A stretch of 64,000 bases of DNA from Lobosporangium transversale. Its lineage: Eukaryota. Numbering within the stretch: position 1 is the first letter of the stretch; each line of letters starts with the position of its first letter. The stretch lies in the NCBI RefSeq assembly GCF_002105155.1, contig NW_019028990.1, positions 248,001 to 312,000 on the forward strand, written 5' to 3'. Of this stretch, positions 1-15,309 are shown in pieces. The position numbers and the translations under genes were made by a program. The notes beneath the pieces are model-generated. The model was not told where the DNA came from. It made no database searches and saw nothing but the letters and a program-made list of their open reading frames with translations.

Positions 1-259
1 GCCTAAAGACTACTTCGCCTCGGAGAGTTGGTATAGCAGCATTCAATGCTGTTTCTTGCTACTTTGTTTGTCTGTACAAACATCCAATATCCCATCAGTC
101 TTTCGCGTGTTATCTTGATCGAGCAACATGTGTCTATTTACCACAGCCAATACCTGTTTCTGTCGCACATAAACAAAGCCGTGCGCGGTACTCGTCATTT
201 ATCATCATCACAATTGTTTGTTTGGCCAAAATGTATAAAAGCTTATTGTCGATCTTGAC

Positions 260-292
<33 letters not shown>

Positions 293-572
293 CTCTTTCT
301 CTTTCTCTACTTCTCGTACTCCATTGTCAATCCCCATTCTGCGGCCTCTTATTCTTGCTGCTTGCATTGTACAGTTCATTATCTATTCACCCTTGACAAT
401 TGGGGCATCATCCCTATTCTTTGACATATATACCCTTATATACCGTTTGTATTCACATACAGACACATCTTTGTACACTGACGTCCTGAATTATAAATCC
501 TTTTCTGATCTCTTTCAAAGACATTTTTATCATCACTTCTCAACAAACACATTCATCTATCCTTCAGAATTT

Positions 573-3011
573 ATGGCTGATCGTGAACTAAAAGAGTTTG
601 GCCACAACCTGCTTGGTTGGGTCAAGGCCTTTCCAAGGAACATACCTCGCTATATTACCGAACGCTTTCCTATCATCAAATGGTAAAAATCAGAAAGTGA
701 TGGGGGTTTTTTTTTTTACTATTGCCGTTGTTGTTGTCGGTTGCTACTATTGCTATCGATTGTTACAACGAACTAACAGATTTGCATACAATAAACCTTC
801 ACCTCTTTCCTTGCAGGCTGCCAAAGTATCAACGTAGCTGGGCTGTCAAGGACATCATTGCTGGCATTACTGTCGGCTTGATTGTTGTCCCACAAGGAAT
901 GTCTTATGCCAAAGTTGCTAGCTTGCCTGTCCAACATGGATTGTATTCTGCTTATATCGGTGCTATCTTTTACTGCCTCATGGGAACCTCCAAGGACCTG
1001 ACCATCGGACCCACTGCTGTTATTTCTCTCATCACTGGTGAACTCGTTGCTGAACTGAGCGGTCGATTGACCCCACAAGAGGTTGCTGCTCTTTCGTGTC
1101 TTGGTGTTGGCCTTTTAACAATGATTTTAGGTGTGCTTCGTTTGGGTATCGTTTTGGATTTCTTCCCAACAACTGTTCTGGTCGGTTACACGACCGGTGC
1201 TGCTGTAACAATCATCGTCCAGCAGATCCCCAAATGGCTTGGTGTGCCCAACATCAATAACCGTGCGCCAGTTTATGATATCATCATCAATATGCTCAAG
1301 GCTATCAAGACCCTCTCTTGGTTGGATCTAGTCTTTGGGCTGGTGTCCATGTTTCTCTTGGTCGCCATTGGATTAGCGGTTGATCGCTGGGGCCGTGGCA
1401 AGTTCTCTATTCAGATGATCAAAATCTCACGCTTCTTCTTTGTTACGGTCTTGGCAACTGCGCTTTCTTACGTGGTCAATAAGAATGCACCTCATGATCC
1501 AAAGGGTCAGATCATTCCACGCATCTCAATCCTGAAGGACGTTCCCTCAGGATTGCCTCATCCAATGGTCCCTGTCTCTCCAGACGGTGTTTTGTCAGCA
1601 ATCGCCCCCAAGTTGGCAGCCATCACCTTGGCTACGATCTTGGAGCATATTGCGATTGGAAAGGCCTTTGCAAGACGAAACCGTTATCAGATCGATTCCA
1701 ACCAAGAGTTGCTTGCTCTTGGGCTTGCTAATGTCACGGCTTCATTCTTTGGAGCATATGCAGTGACAGGATCCTTCTCACGATCTGCAGTCAAGTTTCA
1801 ATGTGGAGTCAAGACCCCTATTGCTGGCTTTGTCACCGGCGCATTAGTGCTCTTGGCCATTTACTTTTTGACCCCTGTGTAAGTATTTCTTTTTTGTATT
1901 CTGCATAATCATGCATTAGCGCGAAGGTGTGGAGAAAGAAAGGAAAGAAAATATGATCACAAGAGCAAATCATATTGATCTCGGACCCTATTTTTGTGGC
2001 CCAACTCAAAACAGACGTATAATCAAACTCATTCTTACCACGTTTTCCATTTTTCTTTTTTCTTTTTTTTTTTTTTTTTTTTTTTTTTCTTTTCTTTTTG
2101 CCCTCCCCCTTGTCCCTGAAACTTTATTTGTGCTATAAAGCTTCTTTTATATCCCTGATGCAGCTCTCTCAGCTGTCATTATGGTGGCAGTCTCGACCTT
2201 GGTCTCGCCACCTTCAGTCTTCTACCAATTCTTCAAAATCAATCTCTGGGATTTCCTCTCATCCCAGGTTGCCCTCTGGGTCACGATCTTTGTCTCTGTT
2301 GAATCTGGTATTGCCGCCGGCGTAGGTTTCTCACTGGTTGTTCTTCTCTTCAGAGTCGCTCGCCCTAACTTTCATGTGCTTCGTCAACTTAAGGATCGAC
2401 CCGATGTCTATGTGGACGCCTCTGTGGACAGCACTTTCGACACAATCCCAGCGCCCCATGGTATCTTGGTATTCAGGATTGAAGAATCGACTACATTCCC
2501 TAATATTGAAACGTTCAAGACCTGGGTGATTGATGAGGTTTACAAATATACCCGCTTTGGTGGTAAGGTCAAAGCCGCATCCGAACGACTATGGTCGGAT
2601 GATATGGAGATCCATGTCCGGAACCTGCGCAAGCAAGCACATGGGCCTCACTCCAACATCACAGATGATGACCTGCCTAGTCTCCGGGCCGTTATCTTAG
2701 ACTTTTCAGCTGTCAACAACATCGACTCGACAGGTTTGCAGGGCCTCTTTGATCTGCGAGAGCTTTTGAGGGATTATGCAGGCGTTACAGATTACCCAGA
2801 TACATTCTTTGAGCTCCATTTTGTGGGCATTCAGGCCAATGTCCTCCATATTCTGGAACTTTCAGGCATTACTCGACCAGTGACACCGCTTGCGCTTTTG
2901 AACGTTCAGGTGATTGAGCGAAACGAGTCAGCTGCAACCAATGAGAGGTTTGAAGAGATTGAAGTGCTGGAGGATGATTTGAAGCAGGCAAACCAGAATA
3001 GTGGAAATAGT

Positions 3012-3048
<37 letters not shown>

Positions 3049-3413
3049 GCGACCGAAGTAGTCAGATCGGACATAGCGCTAATGATGACCATGGTCATCA
3101 CAGTGGTTTCAAGATCAAATCATCAAAATCCCACCGCCCCAAGCCTGGAGACGTTGGAGCAGGTGCGCTCTCTGTGAATGGTACAGGTACAAGCCCGTTC
3201 TTAAAAGAGGAGGGTCTGGTTCATTTGACAGTGCGTGATGCAGTGGACAGTGTCTTGATCCGATATGATGTTTGGGGACGTGGAACTCGAGAGAATGGTA
3301 GTGAAAATGGTGGTAGCACTCATGATAAACCCGATTCAGAAAAGAATTTGTCTTCTTCCATTGACGAGCAGTCAACTATCAATAACGAGAAGACTGCTGA
3401 ACACTTCGTCTAA
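573..3413 (+). CDS. SulP/SLC26 sulfate permease with C-terminal STAS domain; exons 573-682, 817-1878, 2141-3413
   Basis: Motifs DIIAGITVG..VVPQGMSYA, GLYSA, GTSKDLTIGP, NQELLALG, TGSFSRSA and STAS VILDFSAVNNIDSTG. GT-AG introns 683-816 and 1879-2140 join the ORFs in frame. Confidence 0.95.
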
Positions 3414-3538
3414 TTTACCAACAGACTTGTACATATATATATATAATACCCATTTTTATCAATGTATTAAAAGGACACACAATTTTTATATATAAAATAT
3501 ATATTATACACGTTTATTTTATTTTACTCTACTGTCAT

Positions 3539-5034
3539 TCACTTGCGTACTGCTGATACTACAGATGAAGATGTGGTAGGCTCATAGTCCAAAGGCATCA
3601 ACTTCTGCTTCATTACTTCATATGTAGAAAAGAAGATGGAGCATACGCAGAACCACCAGAGACTACGTGGGATAGCACCGACGAAGAAGGTGCTGTAAAC
3701 ACTTTGACCAACACGCATGGATCTGATAAGAGCATTGGAATGAGCGCTAGCCTTGAGAGCCTGCATTGTTGCCTGGCGGTACATCTCACGACTAATGTTT
3801 GTCATTGTGATGGCCTGAGGGGTAGTTGGTACGATGGTTGTGGATGGACCTACGGCAGCAGTGCCTTTCTTGAAGGTCATAATCCTGGTACGGATGACAT
3901 CCATGGGAGTAGTGAAATATCCAGCCAAGAATCCAGAAATGCCACCAAACAAGGTCGAGGTCATAGGGGGAATCTTGACTTCGACAGGTGAGGATGCAAT
4001 GTAATTGGGATCTGAAGTGATCTGAGTAGTGAGAACACGGGTGTGATAAGCCTTAAAGTTCTCATAGGTGGTGAAAAGGATGACCATGAATGGACAGTCG
4101 CGTGCAGTGGTGCTCCAGAATCCTCGGAACAAGCCTCGGACGCCTTCATCCCTCAGCACTGCTCTGAAGACATATCCTGCATTGATGTTGCTCTGGGATT
4201 GTTGTCCCATATGAGTGTGGTGGTTATAGTATCCTGTTTGCAGCCTGGATGTGATGACTTCACGAGGTACTTTGATCACAGAGGATGCAAGGTCTCCAAT
4301 GATGGCTGAGATGGCTGTAGCGGGAATAGGTGAAAGTGTTGGAAGCCACCAAGGATGATGAGGGGGATTGTGTCCAGTCTGAAAACGAGATGTTGGTGGC
4401 AAGAGATATGATTTCGTGAGCTCGTAGAATGAAAACCGAGCACCTCCCTATGAATGGGGGAACAACACAGCAACAGAAAAAAAAGACGGGAGATGAAAAA
4501 TATAATTAGTATACTTTTTTATCTTTACCGCTTCCCTTATTGGTCATGGCTTTCTTTTTTTTTTTTTTTTTTTTTTACCTGGAGACCCGCACCAATGGAG
4601 CTGACGAGAAAACCCTTTCCCAGCATTCGAGCGGTTTCACGAGTAAAGATGGCAGACCATGCGATACCTGATCCACCAGGGACTTGCATTCTAGTTTTGA
4701 GGGTATCGAGTGGGTGCATTACTGCATATGAGAGTGAGAGTGATACAGCCCCTGATTGGAAGTGATCTGTCATATGAAAAATGGAAAAAAGGGGAACAAA
4801 TTAATAAAAATAAGGAGATGAGATCTCAACGCCTTTTTTTTTTTCTTTTTGTCTTTTTTTGCTTGACGATCCGTGGAATGTTGGCTTTCACTTACTCTTA
4901 AACTTCTGTATCTGTGTGTATGCAGGTGTTCTTACTACGGGGGCTGAGTGTGCATGTTGTTGTGCTACTACTACTGCTGTTTTAGCAGCTTGAGTATAAG
5001 GATAAGAAGTCTGTTGTTGTTGTTGTTGCATCAT
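3539..5034 (-). CDS. Mitochondrial carrier (SLC25), resembling SAM-carrier/Pet8 subfamily; exons 5034-4896, 4766-4579, 4447-3539
   Basis: Three PX[DE]XX[KR]X[KR]-type signatures (HPLDTLKTRMQ, VPREVITSRLQ, TPMDVIRTRIM) plus RDCPF..I.F..YE. Splice phases are consistent. Substrate is inferred only. Confidence 0.88.
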
Positions 5035-6264
5035 GAGTGCGTTTTTCTTTATATGTAACAAGTGTGTATTAAAATATAAAAATTATAAATGAAATGCTTT
5101 CGTCAGATTAGAATGAGATGCTGAATGAGATGCTGAATGAGATGCTAAAGAGAAGTGAGTAGTGAAAAAAGAGAGGCAGTTTTGAAGAAATAGTAGTTGA
5201 TATGACGTGGATCAACAATAAAAGAATAAAGCAGACTAAGGTGAGTGGGGAGTACAGATCAAGGACAAAGGATATGAGAATGGAATGGAAGATCCCAATG
5301 TTCGTGTGCAATTGGCAATTACGAAGAAGAGTGAAGAACAAGAAGGAAAAAAAAAAAAAAAAGAAAAGAAAAGGAAAAGAGAGGAGCACCATTAGTTTAA
5401 ATATAACATTGGACAATTGACAATAGCCGCCTTGCGGTCTTGGGGGGAAGGAACACCAAAATATAATTGTTAAGGTTTCTGGTTTTTTTTGTCCGAGATG
5501 GAGAGATTAGCGTACAAACAAGCATCAAGTAAAAATCATGGCCAATCAGATTTGATGCGCGTGCTTTATCAGCGGTGACTGTTGTCTACTAGCCTATGAT
5601 TGACAAACTTGACTCAGAATTAAGGGTCGTTACGACTAATTTGACACTTTGTCTCAAACGCATTCACACATTCCTTGCACGGGCAAAAGTTTGTTCTTAA
5701 ATTTATAAAATAGACAAATAGTTTATATACCAAGCATCATTTTTTCATTTTCTTTCTTTCTTTCATCTTTGGATTATGAAACTATAAAAACAATATGCTC
5801 TGGATCTTTAAAATGGAACAAAAAGGTTTATAGTCACAGTATATACTCTAGCATTGGATCAATGGGTGCCGTCAAAATAGATGACATAATTTTTCATGTA
5901 AGGTCCGTCCGTGTCATGTATTTTAACAGGAAGAGGACGGAGAAAGAGAGACACCCTGGAGCCGTAGTGATCCTTATTGGATACACATCAAAAAAAATAG
6001 TAAAAAAAATGATGACAACCAGCTTGGATTATGCAAGTGCTGAATATTAACAAAACGGCTTCGGGTTAGGTGAGTAAGACAGCCCATTACAGTACTTTCT
6101 AATCCCGATGTTTCTCCCTTTGTTCTTTTATTGGACTTCCTTTAACTACGCGTCTGCCTTTCTGCCTTTACTATTCTGCCTTTTTGTTTCTATACCCACT
6201 TTTGTGAACCCATGTATGATCTACTCTCTCTCAATACCACTGCAATATGAATTGACAAATTTAT

Positions 6265-6340
6265 TATTTTATTTTATTTTATTTTATTTTATTTTATTTT
6301 ATTTTATTTTATTTTATTTTATTTTATTTTATTTTATTTT
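6265..6340 (+). repeat. (TTTTA)n microsatellite
   Basis: Directly visible. Confidence 0.9.
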
Positions 6341-6934
6341 GTTTTGGCAAAAGGACTATGTTCAGCAATTAGAATAAGAATGAGCAAGTCAATGTGGTTT
6401 GCGATACAAATGCTGAATGCAGTCCATAAGCAGGCTTTGGCAATATGGTGGCAAAGAGCAAACGATCCCTGAAAAGAAACCACAGCTTCAATAACATTTC
6501 GCTGCTGTATGCAGCACAGGAGTAGAAGCATAAAAAATAGACAAAACCTTGTATGCTTCAATGCAAATAGTAAAAGTATCAAAGCATTGGCACAAACAAT
6601 AAGCAAATAAAGTCGCATGAACAACCAAGCATTGGGCACGAGCCTTCTTACATACCATTCTGTGCTACAACTAGCGTTTGAACACTGACGCCACCAACTT
6701 AAATCCTGATCACAAAAAAAAAAGAAAATACAAAGGGGCGAATGACAATTTCACAATCCTTTAAAACCTGAACCTTCCCCTTTTTTCTTTTTATTTTTTA
6801 TTTTTTCTTCTTCTACAACACATACAAAGCTTTGATCTATCCAATTCAATCCAAACAGACACTTTGCCACTATCGTTTTCCTTAATTTTAATGCAGACAT
6901 ACCAAATATTCACGCTACACGGAATACATTGACC

Positions 6935-8096
6935 ATGTCTCTTCATTCCTCATATGGCCCGCGGAGAAATTTTCGCACGCCTTCCAAATTAAGATGCCGT
7001 CGTGCACTCTCTTCAGGGCTAAGGTCTACATTGTTCTCATCGCCGTCACCGTCATCATCGCCATCAGCAGCAACAACAACAACAGCAGCAATAACAGCGG
7101 CAACGCTAACAGCAGTAACGCCGACAAGAAGAGTAGCTACTCCAAAAACATCAGATACTTTCTCATCCAGAAAGGCTAGAAGGGCCTCCATTACGTCGCC
7201 ATATGCACGATCTAAGGGGTCACTGCCATCATCGCCTCTATTGCCACTGCCATTCCAGTCGAAGATGACATCAAGCTTCATCGGTCTCATACAAACAAAC
7301 ATGGCCCCTCCAAGATCTCCTGCCCCTATACCCAACAACAGTAATAATAGGCATAAAAACATCGACGATCCTTTTCTTCCCTTTTGTACATTCAAAGATG
7401 CAGCGTCGGTCACGTCACTCAATCGCTGCAAGACAAGGGATATCTTTATTGATTACCGTGAGTAGCATCACCATGTCATTCATTTCTTAGTTTTTAATAT
7501 ATCAGCGAAGTGTGATATAGCCAGCGAATAGAAGAGAGGCATTGTACTCTAGCGAAGTATATATTTATATACCATGATTGTTATCACTCTCTAGCTTACA
7601 TTAAACCACCCAAATCACCAGACTTCAATGCAACCACCACAGAAAACGAGGACGACCCCTATGTTTGTCCATCAATATCTCAGATTCCTCGCTACAAGAG
7701 TGTTAGATTGTGCTCCCATATTGACATGATGAATGGAACCAGTAAAGCAACAACAATAACAAGAGGAACAACAACAACAACAAGATCACCAACAACAACA
7801 AGTCGGCAGCTTTCTTGGAGGGTTGACGAGGCTCACAATCCGTTTTTTGTACCTGCTCTTTCTTATAAGAATAAGGATGATGCCGCTAAGAAGATCAATG
7901 GTGACCCTCAGGGGCGTAATATTGATGACCAGGGCTTTGCCAATATCGAAGGTAAAGGGACCTTTTTTGTTATTTCATTTCATTTTTTGAGGGGAAAGGT
8001 CATTATTGTAATTTTTTTTTTTTTTGCAATCACGAACTTATTGCATCAGTTTGAAATTTTACGAAAGGTTCGGCAATTCTGAACTCCTCTCTCATG

Positions 8097-8148
<52 letters not shown>

Positions 8149-8717
8149 GTTATTATAATCACAGCAAAGTCCTTATTCGTACGAGATGAACATCTGAACT
8201 ACTTGAATGAAACATATACCGTTGACGAAGTTCCTCTTGGTTCTGGTAAATTTTCGCGCGTGTACAAGGTTCAAGACCGTACCACAAAGATATTCTATGC
8301 TGTAAAGATCCTGAACGAACGTGGAAAGGGTAGCATAAGGAGGTTTGTTGCATCGTCAAGCACCTGCTTTTAGGGACTCAATTAGATAAAGGATTTTTTT
8401 TTTCTTTATTCTTTTTCCCTCTTCTTTAGACTAATTATACACCTTGGTGCATTTCAATGTTTGTTCTGTCTAGGGAAAACCTTTTGAAAGAAGTCAGGAA
8501 TATGTGGAAAGTTGGTCAGAGTCGGTCTCGGCATGTAGTAGATTTACACAGCGTTTGGATACAGAACGCACGAATACATTTGCTATTAGATCTCTATGGA
8601 TGTGGAAGGTAAACCGGATTAATGGCATACGACAACCCCCTTGCTGCAGATTCCCCCTCTCTCTTTAATGAATTATCTGAAATATGTGCGTTCTAATATG
8701 GCCTAAATATTGCATCG

Positions 8718-8750
<33 letters not shown>

Positions 8751-9580
8751 CATCCAGCCTTAAATTCACAATGATGACGCTAAAGGAAAAGAGTGGTTTT
8801 GACGAAGGGCGGATATGGCGATATCTGAAGGAACTTTCTTTGGTATGTTTTTAAAAAAATAAAAAATTATGCATTTATGCACCTGCAGAAAGCTCTTCAT
8901 TATTACGAGTCTATGATGTTCAGAGATATGAATGTATTAAGCCTGCTAACCTGACTAATTTTTTTTTTTTTTTTTTTGACACACAGGGCTTGCATGCCAT
9001 TCATCAATGCAATATTATTCACCTTGATTTGAAGCCAGAAAATATATTTATCGGCTCAGACAAGACTCTCAGGATTGGCGATTTCGGTCACTCTGTCGCG
9101 CTGCCCCTCCAAGAGAATGAAAGTGATGGACTGGAAGGCGATCATTGTTATATGGCCAGAGAGCTCCTTGACGGTCATTGCGGTGTGTTTTCAGACATCT
9201 TTAGCCTCGGAATGATAATCTATGAGATGATCAGCAATCGATGTGATGAACTTCCAGGATATGGCTCTGAATGGCATTACTTGCGCAGCGGAGAACCCAT
9301 TTTCTGTGAATCTCGTAGTGTTGTCGCAGGGATTGGCTCGGAATCAAGCTCAGGCTCAAGCTCAGGCTCTGGCACAAGCTCAGGCTCTGGCACAAGCTCA
9401 AGACCTGAATTATCGACGATCAGCAGTAGATATGAACGGTTTTCAGTGGAACTATTAAGCCTTGTTCAATACATGATGCAACCCACTTTCGAGAAGCGAC
9501 CTCAAGCGACAGAGATTTCAGTCATTGCTTCTCGTTTTGATACCCATTTTAGCAGAGAAAACAAAGGTCATCTCGCATGA
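6935..9580 (+). CDS. Wee1/Myt1-family protein kinase with long low-complexity N-terminus; 6 exons (about 6935-7457, 7595-7951, 8165-8342, 8474-8608, 8758-8842, 8987-9580)
   Basis: LGSGKFSRVYKV, YAVK, IHLDLKPENIFI, IGDFG, EGDHCYMARE, SDIFSLG and WHYLRSG. The exons join without stops. Confidence 0.85.
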
Positions 9581-9647
9581 CTTGTAAATAAACTATTTTA
9601 TTAAATGAAAAAGTGAAAGGAGGATTTGTGGAGTATAATAACGCATT

Positions 9648-9682
<35 letters not shown>

Positions 9683-10379
9683 CAAAACCCAAAACCACGC
9701 GACTAACACAAAAAAAGAAAAAAGAAAACAAGTTTGACTCCTTCCCACACAAAGCACACAGGCGGATGGATGTTTATGAGTGTGGCTTTCTGCTTTCCAA
9801 CTTTCAGTGTCATGTGATGAGGAACCTGCACAGCGACAAAAAGGGGAAAAAGGACTACATGTATAGAGCAAGGCACTGTACTGTACTTTGACAACAGAAC
9901 CGAGGAACGGAGACACTTCCGATCGGCCCTTTTTTTTATTTTTTTTAAGCTTGTCTCATTTCTCTTTCCACTCTCCACACATTCCTTTCCCACCTCTCCT
10001 TTTCATTTCCGACCTTCTTTTTTTTTTTTTTTTTTTTTGTTGTGTCAGTCCAAGTCAGATCAGCCTTTTTGGAAGTTCATTCGTTGTACAACGTTTGCAT
10101 TTTGCCACGCCAAAGCATTTTTTTTTTTTTTTTTTTTGGAACTAAGAAAGGGACAATTGTGATTCAGAAACAAACTCATTTTCTACCCCACATTTATAAT
10201 ACACGCAGGTACAGATCGCCAACTAGTCAATCCTAACTTGAGGGAAAGGAAATAAAAAAAAGGGGTAGCGAGGGTAGTTGATAAAAAAGTACAGTCAATT
10301 TTCTAGCTTCCTGATCATATTTTTGTGTTTCTTTCCTTTTTTTAAAAACTGGATCCACTATAATATATTTATTTTAGTC

Positions 10380-13063
10380 ATGGCAGACAAAACACCCGAA
10401 CAAACTCTCCCTGAGACAGCTGTTGCAACTGAGCAGGAGACTCAAGGTAGAAAAAAAAAAAAAAAAAAAGATAAATCATTCCGTTATGATGTGAACATGG
10501 TCCATTGGACAATGCTATTGTTTGATCCGCTCCGATCCTTATATCTGTAAATCATAATAATAAATAAATAAATGAATAAAAATGGTTATAGAGATCGAAG
10601 AGGCCGGTGCTGAGGAGTTTTACCAGATCACCATCAACCTTCCTAACAAGGGTGGTAAAGTCCAGGTCATTGTAAGTGCCGTTAAAATTGCACAACTGGA
10701 TATATCACCACCAAGTCTAATTCATGTTTGGAATGACAGTTGTAGACTTTATGACTATTTGGCTAATTCTTTTCTTCACTATTTCATTTAATCCATTTAT
10801 TTGTGCTTCTTGAATATTAAAGGCTAGCCCTCGTGAGGCAATTCAGGATGTTCGACAATCTATTGTTGAATCAACAGAGACGTGTATTCACTCTTGTTTC
10901 TCGCTTGCCTTCAATGGTGTCAAGCTGAATGATTTTATGGAATTGGGTGATGTAGAAGGCATCACACCCGATAGTGAGCTTGATTTGGTCTTGAGTAAGT
11001 TTAAAAAGTTTTAATGAAATGATATCGAAATGTTGCTTAGCAAGAAGCGAACGAAATTTAACAAAGTTCATTCGATCAAACATAGACAATTACACTGAGC
11101 GGGAGGCTAGGATCCATGTCAACCGTCTTCGTGACTTGCTTGCAGGACCCGCCAAATTAAACGTCAATGCTGTTGGAATCGATCCTGGCTTGTCCTTTTT
11201 ATCAACCGTGTCCGGCCATGTTGGTAAGAAGCTTTAAGATACAGAGAGAGAGCCAGTTTTTGTTTTTGTTATTGTATATGTATTATCGTTATTGGGATTT
11301 GGTTGCTTACTGAAGTTATAAAATATTTATTACCGGAAATATAGAGGAACCTCCAGTAGACAACTCGACCTATGAAACTGCACCTACGACTGTCTTCTCT
11401 AAATTTGATCTCAAGGCTTCTGCAGCTCTCTCCGACTTTGTGCCCAAGGGACTTGAAAGAACACCTGTTCAGTGTGTCAAAAGCATTGCCTTGTCTGGAT
11501 GGAACCCTCCTCCTCACCACCTTCGACTTCGTGGCGATCTTATGTACTTGATTGTCACCACCCTGGAGGGTGAGACTGTTCAGATCACCTCCACCGCTAC
11601 CGGATTCCACGTCAACAAATCAACGTCCAACCACTTTGATCCTACTCCTCGCCAGGATGCCAAAGCTGCTAGTGACCACTCTTTGATCGTTCTTTTGGAG
11701 AAGGTCTCGCCCTTGTTTGCGACCAACTTCAAGAAGCTTCAGGAGTTCATCACCCGCCACCATATGCTTGAGGTACTTCCTGTCACAACTGCCCAGCCTG
11801 CTTACCCCTGGGCTATTCAGCCTTCACCTCACACTTACGATCCTACGCGCCCCTCAGAGGCGTACCTCAACTACGGAACCGATTCTGTTGATAGCCTACG
11901 TGACTGGAACGATGAGCTTCAATCACATCGTGAGCTTCCTCGCTCAAACTTGCAGGAGCGTGTAATGCGTGATCGTTTCCTTAACAAGATTCACGCTGAT
12001 TTCGCTGATGCTGCTGTTCGTGGTGCTATGGATGTCGTTAACGGCAATGTTGTGCCGTTGAACCCTCTGGAGGCTGAGGATTCACATATGTACGTTTACA
12101 ACAATATTTTCTTTAGCAAGGGCTTTGATGGACGCAACACTTTTGAAAAGCTTGGTGGAGATGATGCTGCTCATGTTGCTACCGGTAAGGACTTGGAGGG
12201 TGTCCGCACCTTGAACGGCGTCGATGTTGAAGGTTTGTACACGCTGGGCACAATTGTTGTTGACTACAAGGGCGTCCGTGTTGTGGCTCAATCAATTGTC
12301 CCTGGTATTTTCAGACAACAGGAGGAGTCCTCGATTGTTTATGGCTCTGTCGACAATGGCCCCTTGGTCAAGTCAGATGAAAAGTTCCATGAAATCTTGG
12401 GCCAGGCCGCAAAGGCTCTGCACTTGGCTGAGCATGCTGTCGATAATGGCGAGGGTGACTCCACAAAGCTTTGGACCTCATTCGACACTAAGGGTCTTAT
12501 GGGTGCTGACGGTCGTCGTTACCTCTTGGACCTGTATCGTCTCAATCCTGTTGATATTGAGTTCCTTGAGAACGATTTCCCCGCCAAGGATGGAGTTCCC
12601 GAATACCCTCACAAATTGACGTTGATGAGACCTGAGCTTATGCTACTTTTCTGGGAGCACAAGCTCCGTGCCTGGATGCAGGAGCGTGCCAAGGAGATCC
12701 AGAAGCGTGCAGAGGAGAAGAAGGCTCTTGCTGGCGAGAAGGAAGCCAAGGAAGAAGAGAAGAAAACTACTGAGGATAAGAAGGGAGACGAAGCACCTTC
12801 GGACCAAAAGAAGGAGGAGAAGGCAGAGAAGGAAGAGAATGAAGAGGATGCTAAAGGAGAGGTTGCTACTCCTGCCGCTGAAAGCAGTCCTGAGGAGGAC
12901 ATTAACATCCTTGACTTTGATCTTACGTTCAATGTTGACGCATTCACCTCTGTCAAGACCCCTCCTGAAAGTGGTAAAACTAAGGCGGCACAAGAGAGCG
13001 TTATCCGCGAGGCCTCCAAGTTCTTGCGTGAGAATGTCATCGGTGTTTTGGTATGTAACTGGG

Positions 13064-13103
<40 letters not shown>

Positions 13104-15033
13104 TCTTAGGATACAGGCCTAATTTCCTGTTGACAGCTGCTGACCACATGAACGGTTATTTTATTATATATATTTTAATAGCTTCAAGATTTCACAGCCT
13201 ATATTGTTTCACCTATTGATGGTGGTTCGTTGACGAAGGCAATGCATCGTCGTGGAATTAACATGAGGTATCTAGGTCGCATTGCTACATTGGCGAAGGA
13301 GAGCAATGAACCGGCCCTGGTTCATATCAACTATTTGGCCATGCAGGAGATGGTTGTCCGCTCAGTTAAGCGTATCATCCGCAAGGCTCTTCGTGGATTG
13401 CCTACTACCCATATCCCAGACTGCATCTCTCATATTCTCAATTGTTTATTGGGACATGAGCTTAATGCTAATCCTGTTGCTGGCTTGGCTCAAGATGACT
13501 ACTCCTATGCCAAATTTACTCCTGAGAGCTTGCGCGAGGACATTCAAACAGAGGTCCAGCTGCGTTACCGTTTCAATCTGCCTGAAAACTTTGTAAAGAA
13601 TATTGCTAAAGAGAAGAAGGTCCCATTGTTGAGAGATGTCTGCTTGCGTGCTGGTATCCAGATTGAGGCACGCGACTATATCTTTTCCCCTACTTCTGAG
13701 CCTGAGGCTACTTCTGCTAGCGCTGATCGAGTGGCAGCAGCAGCACCTAGTGGCAAGAAGGGCAAACAGAACAAGTCGGAAAAGAGCCACCAGGACAAGC
13801 AAACTCGCACGATTGCAAAGTCTAAGAAGCGGGCTACTACTTTTGAGGCTAATGATATTTTGACGATTTTACCTCTTGTTAAGCAAGCGGCGACCCGCTC
13901 TAGTTACGCAGATGAGGCATTTGAGGCAGGCAAGACCAGTTTGGCGCAGGGTCAGCGTCAGTTGGGGTTGGAGCTGCTGTTGGAGTCGTTGGCGCTGCAC
14001 GAGCAGACGTATGGTTTCTTGCATCCAGAGACAGCACGATGCTACCAGGCCCTGGCGATGATCTACTACCACTCTGATGACAGAGAGGTTGCGCTTGATT
14101 TCCAACGCAAGGCAGTGATTGTGTCGGAGAGGACACTTGGGGTTGATTCACCTGAGGCTCTGCACAACTACTTGAACCTAGGACTGTTTGAGCACGCATC
14201 TGGGCGCACATTGACGGCCCTAAAGTATTTGAAACATGCTATTCATTACTGGGACTTGATCTATGGCAAGAACCATCCAGATTCGTCGACAGCGGACAAT
14301 AACATTGCAGTGATGTTGCAATCGTTAAAGGATTTTGAAAAGTCATGTGCGTTCTTTGAGCGTGCGAAGGAGACACAGGAGTTGGCGCATGGTAAAGAGC
14401 ATTTGATTATTGCAAACTGTCATCATGTCTTGGCGAAGGCCCATGCTTTCAAGGGAGATTTTGAGACGGCAGTCAAGGTTGAGAAGACTGCATATGATAT
14501 GTTCCTCAAGTTGGTAAGGAGGAAAAAAAAAAAAAAAAAAAAAAAAAAATCAATTGGAACAGGATCCATGCTGTAAAAAAAAAAAAAAAAAAAAAAAAAG
14601 AAAGATGTGGCGTACAATTTTTAACTATTGTAAAAAAAAAAAATTTTATTATAATTAATAGGCTGGCGCTGAGGATGTGAGGACAAAAGAAGCCGAGTTG
14701 TGGTTGCAAGAATTAAAGAACACTGCAGAGTTCACAGCGAACCAGGCAAAGTACGAGAAGGCAGCATTGGAACAACAACAGCAACAAGCACAACAAGCTC
14801 TTCACAGGGTGACGTCTCTGTCAGCGACAGCACAAGCAGCAGCTAGTAAGGCGGCGCTGGCAGAAGCAGCAATCCGAGCAGCGAATGCAGATGCAAAGAT
14901 TGGATCGAGAGGTCATTTGTCATTGAATGAGTTGTTGGATTATATCAATAATCAGCCGCAAGGATCGTCTGCAGGTAGCAAGGGCAAGAAGGGTGGCAAG
15001 GCCAACGCTACAAAGCGTGGCAACAAGAAGTAA
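10380..15033 (+). CDS. CLU1: Clustered mitochondria protein CLU1/TIF31 (CLU domain plus TPRs), multi-exon
   Basis: SGWNPPPHHLRLRGDLMYL, RDWNDELQSHRELP, YVYNNIFFS, KGLMGADGRRYLLDLYR, MHRRGINMRYLG and C-terminal TPRs. Confidence 0.96.
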
Positions 15034-15309
15034 AGACAACGCGGATTCAGCTTTTTTTTTTTTTTTGAATTTTTTTTTTTCTTTCTTCGAATATAGAATA
15101 AGGAAAAAAAGAAAGGCATAGGAGCAATGGTGACTAAACAACTTTACACACACATATATACAAATACGCATTTGCATACATTTACAGATTTGAATAAAAG
15201 AATAATCAATTTTGGCAATTGATTTTTAGTGGGATCTGGTTAGGCTGGGGTCGAGCTTAGCATCTGGCGTTAAAAAAAAGTTTTGGGATATTTACAAATT
15301 TGGATTGCC

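Noticed and set aside
5110..5146. 12-bp tandem repeat GAATGAGATGCT x3
   Set aside because: Ordinary slippage repeat upstream of the carrier gene.
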